Source of the DNA: a bacterium
GTDB taxonomy: Bacteria > UBA8248
Reading direction: 5' to 3'
Assembly (NCBI GenBank): GCA_965207065.1
Contig: OZ242260.1
Span: 140,601 to 204,600 of the forward strand
Length of the DNA stretch: 64,000 nucleotides
A program made the position numbers and the translations under genes. Below the pieces are notes generated by a model. That model did not search any database, was not told where the DNA came from, and saw only the letters and a program-made list of their open reading frames with translations. Below, one piece after another: positions 1 to 9,766 of the stretch (positions within the stretch are counted from its first letter, which is position 1; every line of letters starts with the position of its first letter).

Positions 1-979
1 CGGGAATATCGACGTGCTTCTCTTCCCCGCACAAGGCGGTGGTGAAATAGCGCTGTCCCGTGTCGTTGATGTTCGTGACGATGCTGGCGAGCTCGGGATG
101 CCTTCTGGCCAGCTTGATGGCCGCCGCCACGTTGCAGCCCGAGGAGATGCCGCAAAATATCCCCTCCTCGCGCGCGAGGCGCTGCGCCATTTCAACCGAC
201 TCATCCGTCGTCGTCGTCACGATGCCCGTGAGTTGCGACAGGTCGAGCGCCTTGGGCACGAAGCCGTCCCCGATGCCTTCGATGCCGTGCGGTCCCCAGC
301 CCCGCTGGCTCAGGAGCGGACATTCCTGAGGCTCCACGGCGTAGAGCCTCACGTCCGGGTTGTCTTCGCGCAGGAATTTCCCCACGCCGCTCACCCAACC
401 ACCCGTCCCCTGCGACGCCACGACTGCGTCTACGCGCCCATCCAACTGCTCGAAAATTTCTGGCCCTGTCGTGAGATAATGCGCCTCATTGTTGTCGAGA
501 TTGTCGAACTGGGCGGGTACCCAGTATTTCTCGGGCGTAGCCGCGCGGATTTCTTCGAGTTTATCGAGCGCGAGATCGACGTCGCTCTCTCCTCCCGGTG
601 TAAACACCAAATCGGCCCCGTAGGCGCGCATGAGTTTTTTTCGCTCATCGCTCATGCCCTCGGGCATGACGACGATACAGGAGTAACCCTTCACCGCGGC
701 TACGAACGAACAGGCGATGCCTGCGTTGCCGGTGGAGCATTCGAGCACCGTCATGCCGGCTTTCAAGTCGCCGCGTTCCTCTGCGTTCAGGATCATGTTG
801 TAGTAGATACGATCCTTGAGGCTCCCCGATGGCGAGTACCACTCGAGCTTCGCGTAGATTTCGGGCTCCACGTCCGCCGCCACCTTGTTCAGGCGGACCA
901 GAGGCGTACCCCCGATGGCGTCGAAAATGTTTTCGGAATAGCGTCTGTAAGAATCCCAGGCTCTTTTTTGGATGCCCAT
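1..979 (-). CDS. PLP-dependent cysteine synthase family protein (3' end runs off the window)
   Basis: Not in the ORF track. Manual translation from ATG at 979: MGIQKRAWDS...IGGTPLVRL...KLEWYSPSGSLKDR...ECSTGNAG; paralogous to 1011..2063. Confidence 0.88.
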   Translation of the reverse strand, partial: MGIQKRAWDSYRRYSENIFDAIGGTPLVRLNKVAADVEPEIYAKLEWYSPSGSLKDRIYYNMILNAEERGDLKAGMTVLECSTGNAGIACSFVAAVKGYSCIVVMPEGMSDERKKLMRAYGADLVFTPGGESDVDLALDKLEEIRAATPEKYWVPAQFDNLDNNEAHYLTTGPEIFEQLDGRVDAVVASQGTGGWVSGVGKFLREDNPDVRLYAVEPQECPLLSQRGWGPHGIEGIGDGFVPKALDLSQLTGIVTTTTDESVEMAQRLAREEGIFCGISSGCNVAAAIKLARRHPELASIVTNINDTGQRYFTTALCGEEKHVDIP

Positions 980-1010
980 CCTTTACACCTTGAAAAGAGG
1001 AGAAAAAACC

Positions 1011-2063
1011 TTATTCGATGATCTCCCATGAAGTTCTGAATTTCTGGAGCATCATCTCCCTGTCTCCTTCGACGACGTCCTGCAGCGCCGCCTCCATGCC
1101 CGATTCGTCATGACAAAGCGGGGTGGAGAAGTAGCGCTGCCCCGAATCCCCGAATATGGTGACGATTCGACCAGTTTCTGGATAGGAGCGCGCGAACTTC
1201 ACCGCCGCCGCCAGGTTACAGCCCGAAGATATCCCGCAGAAAAGGCCCTCCTCGCGCGAGGCACGCCTCGCCATGCGGAGCGACTCTTCGGTCGAGGCGG
1301 TGATGATGCCGTCGATGATGGACAAATCCAGGATGTTGGGAATCAGTCCGTCGCCGATTCCCGCGATACCGTGGCCGCAGCAAATCCCTTCGCTGATCAG
1401 GGGCGATTCCGTCGGCTCCACGCCGTAAATCTTGAGCTTGGGGTTTTTCTCCCTCAAAAACCGCCCTACTCCTGTGAGCCAGCCGCCCGTCCCTACCGCA
1501 GCGATGAGCGCATCCACGCGGCCATCCAACTGCTCCCAGATTTCTGGGCCCGAGGTGGTGTAGTGCGTATCCACGTTGTCCATATTCTCAAATTCGGCGG
1601 GCACCCAGTATCTGTCGGGGTCGCTCGCAGCCATTTCCTTCATGCGCTCTAGGGCGACGTCCACGTCGCTCTCTCCACCCGGCGTCGTAATGAGTTCGGC
1701 TCCAAAGGCGCGAATCATCTTCTTACGCTCGGGACTCATCAACTCCGGCATGACGATGATGCACGCATACCCCCTGACCGCGGCCGCCGCGGCGCAGGCG
1801 ATGCCCGCATTGCCGGATGAGCACTCCAGAATCACCTTGCCTGGGGTCAGCTCCCCCCTCGCCTCTGCGCGGGAAATCATCTGTTCATAGATGCGATCCT
1901 TCAAGCTTCCCGTGGGGGAATACCATTCGATTTTGGCGAAAATCTCAGGCGCAAGCCCCTGTGAGATTCGTCCCAGCCTCACCAGCGGTGTATAACCCAC
2001 GGCGTCGAAAATCGTCTCCGAGACCGAAGCCAGGCTATCCCATGCTATCGATGTCACTTGCAT
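1011..2063 (-). CDS. PLP-dependent cysteine synthase (CysK/CysM-like)
   Basis: PTGSLKDR (PLP lysine), SSGNAG, GTGG, GISSG and DSGQRYFST motifs. Confidence 0.9.
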   Translation of the reverse strand: MQVTSIAWDSLASVSETIFDAVGYTPLVRLGRISQGLAPEIFAKIEWYSPTGSLKDRIYEQMISRAEARGELTPGKVILECSSGNAGIACAAAAAVRGYACIIVMPELMSPERKKMIRAFGAELITTPGGESDVDVALERMKEMAASDPDRYWVPAEFENMDNVDTHYTTSGPEIWEQLDGRVDALIAAVGTGGWLTGVGRFLREKNPKLKIYGVEPTESPLISEGICCGHGIAGIGDGLIPNILDLSIIDGIITASTEESLRMARRASREEGLFCGISSGCNLAAAVKFARSYPETGRIVTIFGDSGQRYFSTPLCHDESGMEAALQDVVEGDREMMLQKFRTSWEIIE

Positions 2064-2101
2064 CTTTCTGCTCCCGTGAGGCGGCGCGTTATTTTCTTAT
2101 C

Positions 2102-3058
2102 TTAACCCGCTCTCAAACGAGGGATGATTTCTTTCGCCACGATTTCCACCTGCTCCATCTGGTATTTGTAGGGAACGAAAATGAGCCGGTCGACCCCGGT
2201 GTCGATGTGGGCCTGGAGTTGCGCAACGCACTCATCGACATTCCCCATGACGGCGCTATTGGCCGTGGACTCGCTCCAGGAGGCGTAGTCCCACTCCGTG
2301 TGGAGCCATTCGTTCATCGGCTCCTCGATGTCCGCGCGCGAATCGCCCACCATGATGGGAAGCTGATTTGTGCTCTCAAGCGCGGCGGGATCGCGCCCTG
2401 CCTCTTCCGCGAAGCGGAGAACTTTATTCCAGGATTCCGTAAAACTCTCTGGCGTATAAAAGTAAGTGAGCCAGCCGTCGCCCTTCTCTCCGGCGCGCTT
2501 GAGTACGCGGTCGACGTAGCCCCCGATGAGAATGCTCGGCCTCGGGCTCTGCACCGGCTTGGGGAACATGACGGAATTTCTGAGATTGTACTGGCCATAT
2601 TCGGCGCGCACCATATCCTCGGCCCACAGTCTCGTGATGATCTCGATGTTCTGATCCATGATGTTGCCGCGTTTCTCGAAAGGAACGCCCACCGCGTCGA
2701 ACTCGCGCTTGTACCAGCCCGACGCCATACCGACGATGAGGCGGCCGTTCGAAATCTGATCGATGCTCGATAATTGCTTCGCTACGACGAGCGGGTTCCT
2801 GAGCGGCAGGACGAGCACGCCCGTGCCGAGCTTGATTTTGCTCGTCCGAGCGGCTACCGCCGTCAGAAGCGTCAACGACTCGATGATGGGAAAGTGCGGC
2901 TCCACCCCCAGCAGAATGTGGTCCCACACCCACAGGGATTCGAAGCCCAACTCCTCCATGGCGACGCCGTATTCGATGAGCGCCTCCGCATCGGGGAGTT
3001 CTGGATACGCGGTGAAATTCCGCATGGCGATTCCGTACTTGACGTCTGTTCCTGACAT
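2102..3058 (-). CDS. Luciferase-like (LLM class) flavin/F420-dependent oxidoreductase
   Basis: GFESLWVWDH, LGTGVLVLPLRNP, SNGR and PKPVQSPRP motifs. Confidence 0.9.
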   Translation of the reverse strand: MSGTDVKYGIAMRNFTAYPELPDAEALIEYGVAMEELGFESLWVWDHILLGVEPHFPIIESLTLLTAVAARTSKIKLGTGVLVLPLRNPLVVAKQLSSIDQISNGRLIVGMASGWYKREFDAVGVPFEKRGNIMDQNIEIITRLWAEDMVRAEYGQYNLRNSVMFPKPVQSPRPSILIGGYVDRVLKRAGEKGDGWLTYFYTPESFTESWNKVLRFAEEAGRDPAALESTNQLPIMVGDSRADIEEPMNEWLHTEWDYASWSESTANSAVMGNVDECVAQLQAHIDTGVDRLIFVPYKYQMEQVEIVAKEIIPRLRAG

Positions 3059-3074
3059 GTCGATTCCCTCGGTC

Positions 3075-4343
3075 TTATTCCGCTCCGCACCAATCCAGAA
3101 TGGAGAGCGCCAGTGTTTTCGTCGCGTCGATCACGTCTTCCACCGCCACCCACTCGTTGTTCGCGTGCATCTGGGTGGTGGGGCCAGGGCCGAAGATCAC
3201 CGTCGGGATGCCGGCAAAACCATTCAAAAAGCGTGTGTCCGCCGCTCCCTGGCGTCCGGATATTTCAGGTGTATTGCCCGATACTTCGTGGTAAGCGCTC
3301 GCCACCGTCTTGACGATCGGGTGTTCAGCGTCCACCGCCGCCGATTCGGCGTAATACCCCACGAATCGCACCTCCGGCGGATGATCCTTCATCCAGGGAT
3401 CATCCCCTGCCGCCTGCGCCACCTGAGCGACCAGGCTCTGCTTGGCCGCATCGTGATCCTCACCCGGCACGGTGGCGAGACTCCCCTTGAGTACGCAGGT
3501 GTCTGGGAATGCGCTCGGGAAACTCCCGGCCTCCATCGAGCCGACCATGCAGGGAATCGCGTCGATGATCTTGGGATACAACGGATGGGATACCGTCTCC
3601 AGACGTTTTTTCTCGAGATCGGCCACCGCCTGAACGATCTTGTAGCCCAGGTCGATGGCGTTGACGCCCTGATATCTCCGCTGGATGCCCGCCGCCTTTC
3701 CGCGTACCAGTATCTCGAACCAGATTCTGCCGATGCAGCCGGGTTGGATGGCGTTCCCGCTCGTCTCGCAGCATATGCCCGCATCCGCCGTATAGCCGCG
3801 CAAAATGGTGTCGAGCGTGCCGTGGCCGCTCAACTCCTCATCCACGACGAAATCGAGAATCACATCGCCCTTGGGCCTGAGCCCCGCCGCCATGAAGCAT
3901 TTGGCCGCCATCATAATGGCCGCCACCCCGCTTTTCATGTCCGAAGCGCCGCGCCCGTACAGACGGCCGTCCTCGATGTCGGCGGAGAGCGGCCCATGCT
4001 CCCATGCGTCATCCGGGCCGTTGGGGACGGTATCGGTGTGGCCGTTCATCAGGAGCGACCTGCCTCCACCCGAGCCCTTGAGGACGGCGACCACGTTCGG
4101 CCTCCCCTCATAGCCCCTCGTGACGGGCACGTATTCGGGGTGTTTTTTAAGCTCCTCCCAGTCCGATTCCCAGACGTCGACTTCCAAGTTCAAATCGCGC
4201 AGGAAATCCGCGATGTAACCTTGAATCTCCTCCTCATCCCCCGTCACGCTCGGTATCTGCACGAGCTTGGCGAGCAGGGCGATTATCTCGTCCTGATGGG
4301 CGTCGACCTGGGCTAGAATTTTTTCTCTGTGCTCGGCGCTCAT
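3075..4343 (-). CDS. M20 family ArgE/DapE-like metallo-deacylase
   Basis: NGHTDTV, GRGASDMKSG, DEE and C-terminal HANNE motifs. Confidence 0.92.
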   Translation of the reverse strand: MSAEHREKILAQVDAHQDEIIALLAKLVQIPSVTGDEEEIQGYIADFLRDLNLEVDVWESDWEELKKHPEYVPVTRGYEGRPNVVAVLKGSGGGRSLLMNGHTDTVPNGPDDAWEHGPLSADIEDGRLYGRGASDMKSGVAAIMMAAKCFMAAGLRPKGDVILDFVVDEELSGHGTLDTILRGYTADAGICCETSGNAIQPGCIGRIWFEILVRGKAAGIQRRYQGVNAIDLGYKIVQAVADLEKKRLETVSHPLYPKIIDAIPCMVGSMEAGSFPSAFPDTCVLKGSLATVPGEDHDAAKQSLVAQVAQAAGDDPWMKDHPPEVRFVGYYAESAAVDAEHPIVKTVASAYHEVSGNTPEISGRQGAADTRFLNGFAGIPTVIFGPGPTTQMHANNEWVAVEDVIDATKTLALSILDWCGAE

Positions 4344-4358
4344 GACGGCTCCATATGG

Positions 4359-5132
4359 TTATGCGGTGTAGATCTTGTCGGGATCCAGATGGCGAAGCGC
4401 GGCCAGTTCCTCTTCCGTGGGCGGCTCTGTGGTTCCCACCGATGAGTCAATGATAAGTTCGAAGCCCGTGTTCTCCTGCGCCTGCTCGGGCGTGACGCCA
4501 GGGTGCAGCGCCTCGACGCGCATCCGGCCCGTGTCGTCGTCGAACCCCAGAATCGCCAGGTCGGTGACCACTCGGTACATGCCGCCGGCTATCAGGCCCG
4601 AATCGCGCCTCGAGGTTCCGCCCCTGATATAGCCGGGACTGGTGATGAAATCCACGCTTTCCACAAAACGGCGCTTTTCCTGCGGCATCGCCACGATCAT
4701 CCTGGTGAGGCTCGAAATGTCGTTCCCCCCGCCCGTGCCGGGCAGCCGCACGGAAGGATCGTCAACGCTTCCGATGAAGGAGCTGTTCAGGTTGCCGTAC
4801 TGATCAATTTGAGCGCCTCCCATGAAGCCCACGTCCACATAGCCGCGCTGGAGCAAGAGCAGCACCTCGGTGATGCTCACCAGCATGTTCGCCTTTCGCG
4901 TACAGCGCTGCTCATTCGTGGTGGGCGGAAGCTGACCGGGCACGACGTGCGGGCCGATGGTGCCACCCTCGAAGAGAATCGTCACGCCCGGGGCATGGAG
5001 ACGCTGGGCCAGCGTGGCGGCCAAAAGCGGAATCCCCACGCCCGCGAAAACCACCTGCCCGTCTTCGAGCGCGCGGGCGCTCATGACGCACAAAAGCTCC
5101 GACGCCGTGAAATCTTTCGTCTCAGTCGTCAT
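4359..5132 (-). CDS. CoA-transferase beta subunit (glutaconate/3-oxoadipate type)
   Basis: ILFEGG catalytic Glu, GGAQIDQYGNLN, RLPGTGGGND; start taken at MTTETK. Confidence 0.88.
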   Translation of the reverse strand: MTTETKDFTASELLCVMSARALEDGQVVFAGVGIPLLAATLAQRLHAPGVTILFEGGTIGPHVVPGQLPPTTNEQRCTRKANMLVSITEVLLLLQRGYVDVGFMGGAQIDQYGNLNSSFIGSVDDPSVRLPGTGGGNDISSLTRMIVAMPQEKRRFVESVDFITSPGYIRGGTSRRDSGLIAGGMYRVVTDLAILGFDDDTGRMRVEALHPGVTPEQAQENTGFELIIDSSVGTTEPPTEEELAALRHLDPDKIYTA

Positions 5133-6087
5133 AAATGCTCCTCCCCCTGCGGGCCGCATCCAGCAGCTTCTCCAGGCCGATGAGATTCAGATACTCCGTC
5201 CAGTTCTTCGGTGCGTAGAAGTATTCATCCAGATACGTCTTCACGCCTTCCATCGGCTCTTTCCTCGTGAGTTCCGCATAATAATCCATATGGGAAAACA
5301 AAGGCTCATAGACACCGAAGCACTCATGCGGCGCGCAGCCGTAAGGCGCCTCCACAACGGCGTCGACGGTGAAGAAGGGGATCCTCGTCTGATCGGGCCT
5401 TCTGCGAATCTGATCGTTCGAGATGATGCGCTCGGTGGTGATAATCACCCGGTTCGCCGCCATGGCCATGTCGATATCCATGAAGGTCAGGCCGTCCAGT
5501 TGGGCGTTGCCGTATGGGTCGCACCTTTGCACGTGTATCAGGGCGACGTCGGGGTTCAGGGCCGGGACCAGGAGGATTTTCTCGCCCGTGAACGGACAGG
5601 TCATCTCTTCCAGATTTTCGAGCTGCCCGGCCACGTCCGATCCCATCATCGAGCGCATCGGCATGAACGGAACACCCATGGCGCCCGCCCTGTAGCGCAG
5701 GCCGATGGACATATGGCTCCACTCCTCGAAACGGGCCAGCCTGTTCTCGGTGAAATGCCGCATGACGCGCGAAACACCCCACACGATTCCCTGACTGAAC
5801 CAACTCGTAAGAATGTGATTCCCGACCCCCGATGCGAATATGAGGTCGCCTTCGGTGGAGACGATGCTGCGCGAGAAGGAAAGATTTTTCTTCCTCGCGC
5901 GTATCAGCGCCCATATCATGGCGAAGGGGGTTCTCGAAGCCGTGGAGCCGCCCAGGCTGACGTGTTCGCCGTCGGCCACGAAATCGCAGGCTTCCTCGAG
6001 CGCCATCACCTTGTCTCTCAGACTGCGATCCCGCGACTGGGTTTTTTCCCTGAGCGTAAGATATTCTTGCGTCACAAGTTTCTCCAT
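5122..6087 (-). CDS. CoA-transferase alpha subunit
   Basis: RYRAGAMGVPF, PALNPDVALIHVQ, AVVEAPYG; overlaps the beta subunit gene; start approximate. Confidence 0.88.
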   Translation of the reverse strand: MEKLVTQEYLTLREKTQSRDRSLRDKVMALEEACDFVADGEHVSLGGSTASRTPFAMIWALIRARKKNLSFSRSIVSTEGDLIFASGVGNHILTSWFSQGIVWGVSRVMRHFTENRLARFEEWSHMSIGLRYRAGAMGVPFMPMRSMMGSDVAGQLENLEEMTCPFTGEKILLVPALNPDVALIHVQRCDPYGNAQLDGLTFMDIDMAMAANRVIITTERIISNDQIRRRPDQTRIPFFTVDAVVEAPYGCAPHECFGVYEPLFSHMDYYAELTRKEPMEGVKTYLDEYFYAPKNWTEYLNLIGLEKLLDAARRGRSIYDD

Positions 6088-6401
6088 CACGTCGGGGCGG
6101 GGATTCGCCCCTCGTTCACAATGCGCTGAAACTCTCGTATCGGCAGCCGAAATAATATATGCCCCCGTTTGTAGATTAAACGGAAGGCAGCGGATTCGCA
6201 ATGGGGAAAATTTGAATCACATGTATTGAATAATTTAATGGATATCTTATATAATATTATCGCGTTTTGGAAGATCGTTTTCTTTTATCACCAGTTATTC
6301 GAAAGAAATACGAGAAAACGAGCCCGATGGGCATAGCACCGTACCATCAAAATTCATAATGAAATGAGTAGCATCACGGCAAATGTTTTCACGAGGCATT
6401 C

Positions 6402-7289
6402 ATGTTGAATCTGAGGCAACTCGAATACTTCTACTATGTGGCGAAACACGGTGGCTTCACCCGTGCGTCGAGGCGACTGCCCTTCTCCATCCAGCAGCCC
6501 GCCCTCAGCATCCGGGTGAAAGCGCTGGAAGAAGACCTAAAGGTGAAACTCTACCGGATCGTGGGCCGCAAGTTTCAGTTAACGCCGAGCGGAGAATACC
6601 TCTTCGACGCCATCAAACCTTTTTTCGAGTCCCTCGAGACGGTGGAGCGGCACCTGCGCGGGGAAACGCACGGGAGGCTCGTCATGGCCGAAGCGGCCCC
6701 CATGCTGATCCTGAAGGGTCACCGGGACGCGCTCCTCAAGTTTCGCGAACGCTACCCGAACGTCCAGATTTCCGTGCTGGAACGAAACTGGACAAACCTG
6801 CTCGAACACGTATCGGAGGGAGCGGTCGATTTCGCCTTCGGCTCGGCGCCCGAGGCGCGGGGAAATTTCTCCTTCGAAGAGTGGACGGAGACGGACTATC
6901 TACTCTTTTGTCCCGAGGGGCACGCAGCCCTGAAGGAGGAGGAGATCACTCTCGAAAAGATCGGGGCGCATTCGCTCATCCTGCTGGAACGCGGCACGGC
7001 GGATCGCCAGCACATCGAGCATACCTTCGATAAGCAGGGTTTATCCATCAACGTCGTTTTCGAAACGTCCTCCTACACCCTTATCAACGAAGCCGTTCTG
7101 AACGGGGCGGGCATCGCGGTCGTCAACGCGCTCTGGCCCCGGCCCGAAACTACAACTGGATGGCGAACCGCCAACATATCCCATCTTTTCGGGAAAAAAC
7201 GCATCGGCCTGTTCCGGCGAAACGACGTCTACCTCCCTCCCTACGCCAATGATTACCTCTCCATGCTGAGAGAAACCCTGATGACGTAA
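6402..7289 (+). CDS. LysR family transcriptional regulator
   Basis: N-terminal LRQLEYF...FTRAS...QPALS...LEEDL HTH; divergent from the operon on its left. Confidence 0.93.
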   Translation: MLNLRQLEYFYYVAKHGGFTRASRRLPFSIQQPALSIRVKALEEDLKVKLYRIVGRKFQLTPSGEYLFDAIKPFFESLETVERHLRGETHGRLVMAEAAPMLILKGHRDALLKFRERYPNVQISVLERNWTNLLEHVSEGAVDFAFGSAPEARGNFSFEEWTETDYLLFCPEGHAALKEEEITLEKIGAHSLILLERGTADRQHIEHTFDKQGLSINVVFETSSYTLINEAVLNGAGIAVVNALWPRPETTTGWRTANISHLFGKKRIGLFRRNDVYLPPYANDYLSMLRETLMT

Positions 7290-7351
7290 CAAATACAATG
7301 CGCCCTCCCTGCGCTTTTGACGCCCCCCTCCCCATTTGACATCATACGCGT

Positions 7352-8680
7352 ATGAACGCTCACGATCTGAAAAGCTGGCTCGCTCGCCTCGATGAACGAG
7401 GATCGCTCAAGCGCGTATCCCGCAGCGTTTCCCTTCGTCATGAACTCGCCGCCTTGTCGCAAAAAGCAGATGGCCATACCGCACTCTTATTCGAGCGAAC
7501 CGACGGCGCGCCGATGCCCGTCGTCGCCAACATCGCCTGCAAAAGAGAATGGTACGCCGACGCCATGGGGGTGGCGCCCGGAGAATTGCTCACCGAGGTT
7601 CAGCGTAGACAGGAAATCAAGATAAAACCGAACGTAGTCGCCGATGCGCCGTTTCTCCACACAGTCATCACCAAAGATATCGACGTTCAGAAAATTCTCC
7701 CCCTCCCCACCTACCATGAGCTGGACGGCGGCCCCTACATTTCCGCCGGCGTCTTCATCGCCCAGGACCTCGATTCCGGCGCGGGCAACGTATCGATTCA
7801 CAGGATGCACGCCTTAGAATCCGACCTGTTCGGCCTGCTCGTCCTGCCGCGCCATCTGAAGGGGATGATCAGACGCGCCGGGGAGCGCGGAGAAGCTCTA
7901 AAGGCGGCCGTCTGCGTCGGTCTCGACCCCTTGCTCCTGATGGCGAGCCAGCTCGTGCTCGCGCCCGGGGAGGACGAACTGGAAGCGGCAGGCGGTCTCA
8001 AGGGCCGCGCCGTGGACGTAGCCCCCGCCCCCTGGTCGGGCATTCCCGCGCCCGCAGGCGCTGAAATCGTGATCGAGGGGGAAATTCCGCCGGACGAGCG
8101 CAGGCGCGAGGGTCCTTTCGGGGAGTTTCCACGCTACTACAGCCCGGCGGGAGAGCGCGAGGTGTTCCGGGTAAAATCCATCGCCATGCGCGAGGAGCCC
8201 GTTTTCTATTCCATCGTGGCGGCGGGCTACGATCATTTACTGATGGGCGCCGTGCCGAGAGAGGCTGGACTCCTGCGAGACCTCCAGAAAGCCGTACCGG
8301 CCGTTACGGACGTCGTGCTCCCTCTCTCCGGCGCAGGCCGGTTTCACTGCGTCGTCCAGATACGGAAAACCAACGAGGGGGAAGCGAAAAGCGCGCTCAT
8401 GGCGGCGCTCGCCGCGCACTACGACGTCAAGCACGCCATATGCGTGGATCACGACATCGACATCCACAACCCGGCGCAGGTCGACTGGGCGCTGGCCACG
8501 CGTTTTCAGGCGGATAAGGATTTGTTCGTCGTTCCCGGCGCGTGGGGCAGCCGTCTCGACCCATCGGCGCAGGACGGCGTGACGACGAAGATGGGCCTGG
8601 ACGCCACGGCTCCGCTGGGCGGGTTGGACGGCCACTTCCGTTCTCTAAAGATTCCGGGAGCCGAAGACGCGGGATTCTAG
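7352..8680 (+). CDS. UbiD family (de)carboxylase
   Basis: DGGPYIS, NVSIHR, EGPFGEF, VDHDIDIH and KMGLDAT motifs. Confidence 0.93.
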   Translation: MNAHDLKSWLARLDERGSLKRVSRSVSLRHELAALSQKADGHTALLFERTDGAPMPVVANIACKREWYADAMGVAPGELLTEVQRRQEIKIKPNVVADAPFLHTVITKDIDVQKILPLPTYHELDGGPYISAGVFIAQDLDSGAGNVSIHRMHALESDLFGLLVLPRHLKGMIRRAGERGEALKAAVCVGLDPLLLMASQLVLAPGEDELEAAGGLKGRAVDVAPAPWSGIPAPAGAEIVIEGEIPPDERRREGPFGEFPRYYSPAGEREVFRVKSIAMREEPVFYSIVAAGYDHLLMGAVPREAGLLRDLQKAVPAVTDVVLPLSGAGRFHCVVQIRKTNEGEAKSALMAALAAHYDVKHAICVDHDIDIHNPAQVDWALATRFQADKDLFVVPGAWGSRLDPSAQDGVTTKMGLDATAPLGGLDGHFRSLKIPGAEDAGF

Positions 8681-8796
8681 GCGGTCACATTAACTCCTGC
8701 CTATACACACCTACTTATTTTCCAAGAAATGAACCTTCCGTGAGTTGCGCACAAAATACGGCGCGAATTCAGGAATGAACGAGAGAGATTTTTACC

Positions 8797-9759
8797 CTAA
8801 TCCAGATTCAGGTGCGGCAGCACTTCACGGGTGAAGCGATCGAGCTGGCTCATCTGATCCCGGTGGGTGAAGCGCAGGGAAATGTGTTCCGCCCCCGCAT
8901 CGATGAAGGCGTTGATGCGCTCAATCAAGTCTTTGGCGGGGCCGTATGTGCCCCATTTCTCGATGGAATCGCCCCAGAACGGGGTGTAGTAGTAATCGAG
9001 CAGGAACGCCTCGCCATTTTTCATGGCCGATTCTTTGTCGTCGTCGATACAGGTGGTCATGTACCACGCGGGTGTGCCCGGGTCGCGTCCGCTCTCCTCC
9101 GCGAGACCGACGATCTTCCCCCAGGTATCGCCAAACTCCTCGGGCGTCACGCGGTTCGGGAACCATCCATCCCCATACTTCGCCACCCGCTGCCATGCGG
9201 TGTCCACTGTGGCTGAGGCGATCCACATGGGCACGGTTTTCTGGATGGGCCTGTGCGCCAGCGTCACGTTTTCCACCTGGTAATACCTGCCCTCGAAGGT
9301 TACGTTCTCCTCCGTCCAGAGCCTCCGCATGAGCGTCATGTGCTCCTGCATGTAGAACATGCGCTTTCGGAACGGAACGCCCAGGGTCTCGAACTCATGG
9401 ACGCATTCCTGGGGCTTCGGCGGGCCGATGCCGACGCCCAAAATGACGCGGCCGCCTGATATGACGTCGAGCGTCGCAACCTGGTAGGCGAGGAATACGG
9501 GGTCCCTGAGACAGGGCAGAAAGACGGCGGTGCCGAGTTTTACGCGCTCGGTTCTCACCGCCACGGCGGAAAGCACGCTGAGCGCCTCGAGCCTTGGCTT
9601 GGCGAGCACCGAATCGCCCACGAACACCGAATCATAGCCGAGTTCTTCCGCGCGCACCGCCAGGTCGATGATGGGGCCGACCTCCGGGGCGCCGTCGTTC
9701 CAGAGCAGCACGCCGCGCGTGGGAAGCAACACGCCGAGTTTTACTTTTCTATCCGCCAT
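8797..9759 (-). CDS. LLM class flavin-dependent oxidoreductase
   Basis: GYDSVFVGDSVLAKPR, LGTAV, SGGR; start reassigned to MADRKVK. Confidence 0.88.
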   Translation of the reverse strand: MADRKVKLGVLLPTRGVLLWNDGAPEVGPIIDLAVRAEELGYDSVFVGDSVLAKPRLEALSVLSAVAVRTERVKLGTAVFLPCLRDPVFLAYQVATLDVISGGRVILGVGIGPPKPQECVHEFETLGVPFRKRMFYMQEHMTLMRRLWTEENVTFEGRYYQVENVTLAHRPIQKTVPMWIASATVDTAWQRVAKYGDGWFPNRVTPEEFGDTWGKIVGLAEESGRDPGTPAWYMTTCIDDDKESAMKNGEAFLLDYYYTPFWGDSIEKWGTYGPAKDLIERINAFIDAGAEHISLRFTHRDQMSQLDRFTREVLPHLNLD

Positions 9760-9766
9760 TTTTTGC

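Noticed and set aside
14-1021. 335-aa + strand ORF and similar long antisense ORFs (e.g. 2763..4316, 9668..11263, 15369..16874, 44770..46641)
   Set aside because: Shadows of well-supported genes on the opposite strand in GC-rich DNA
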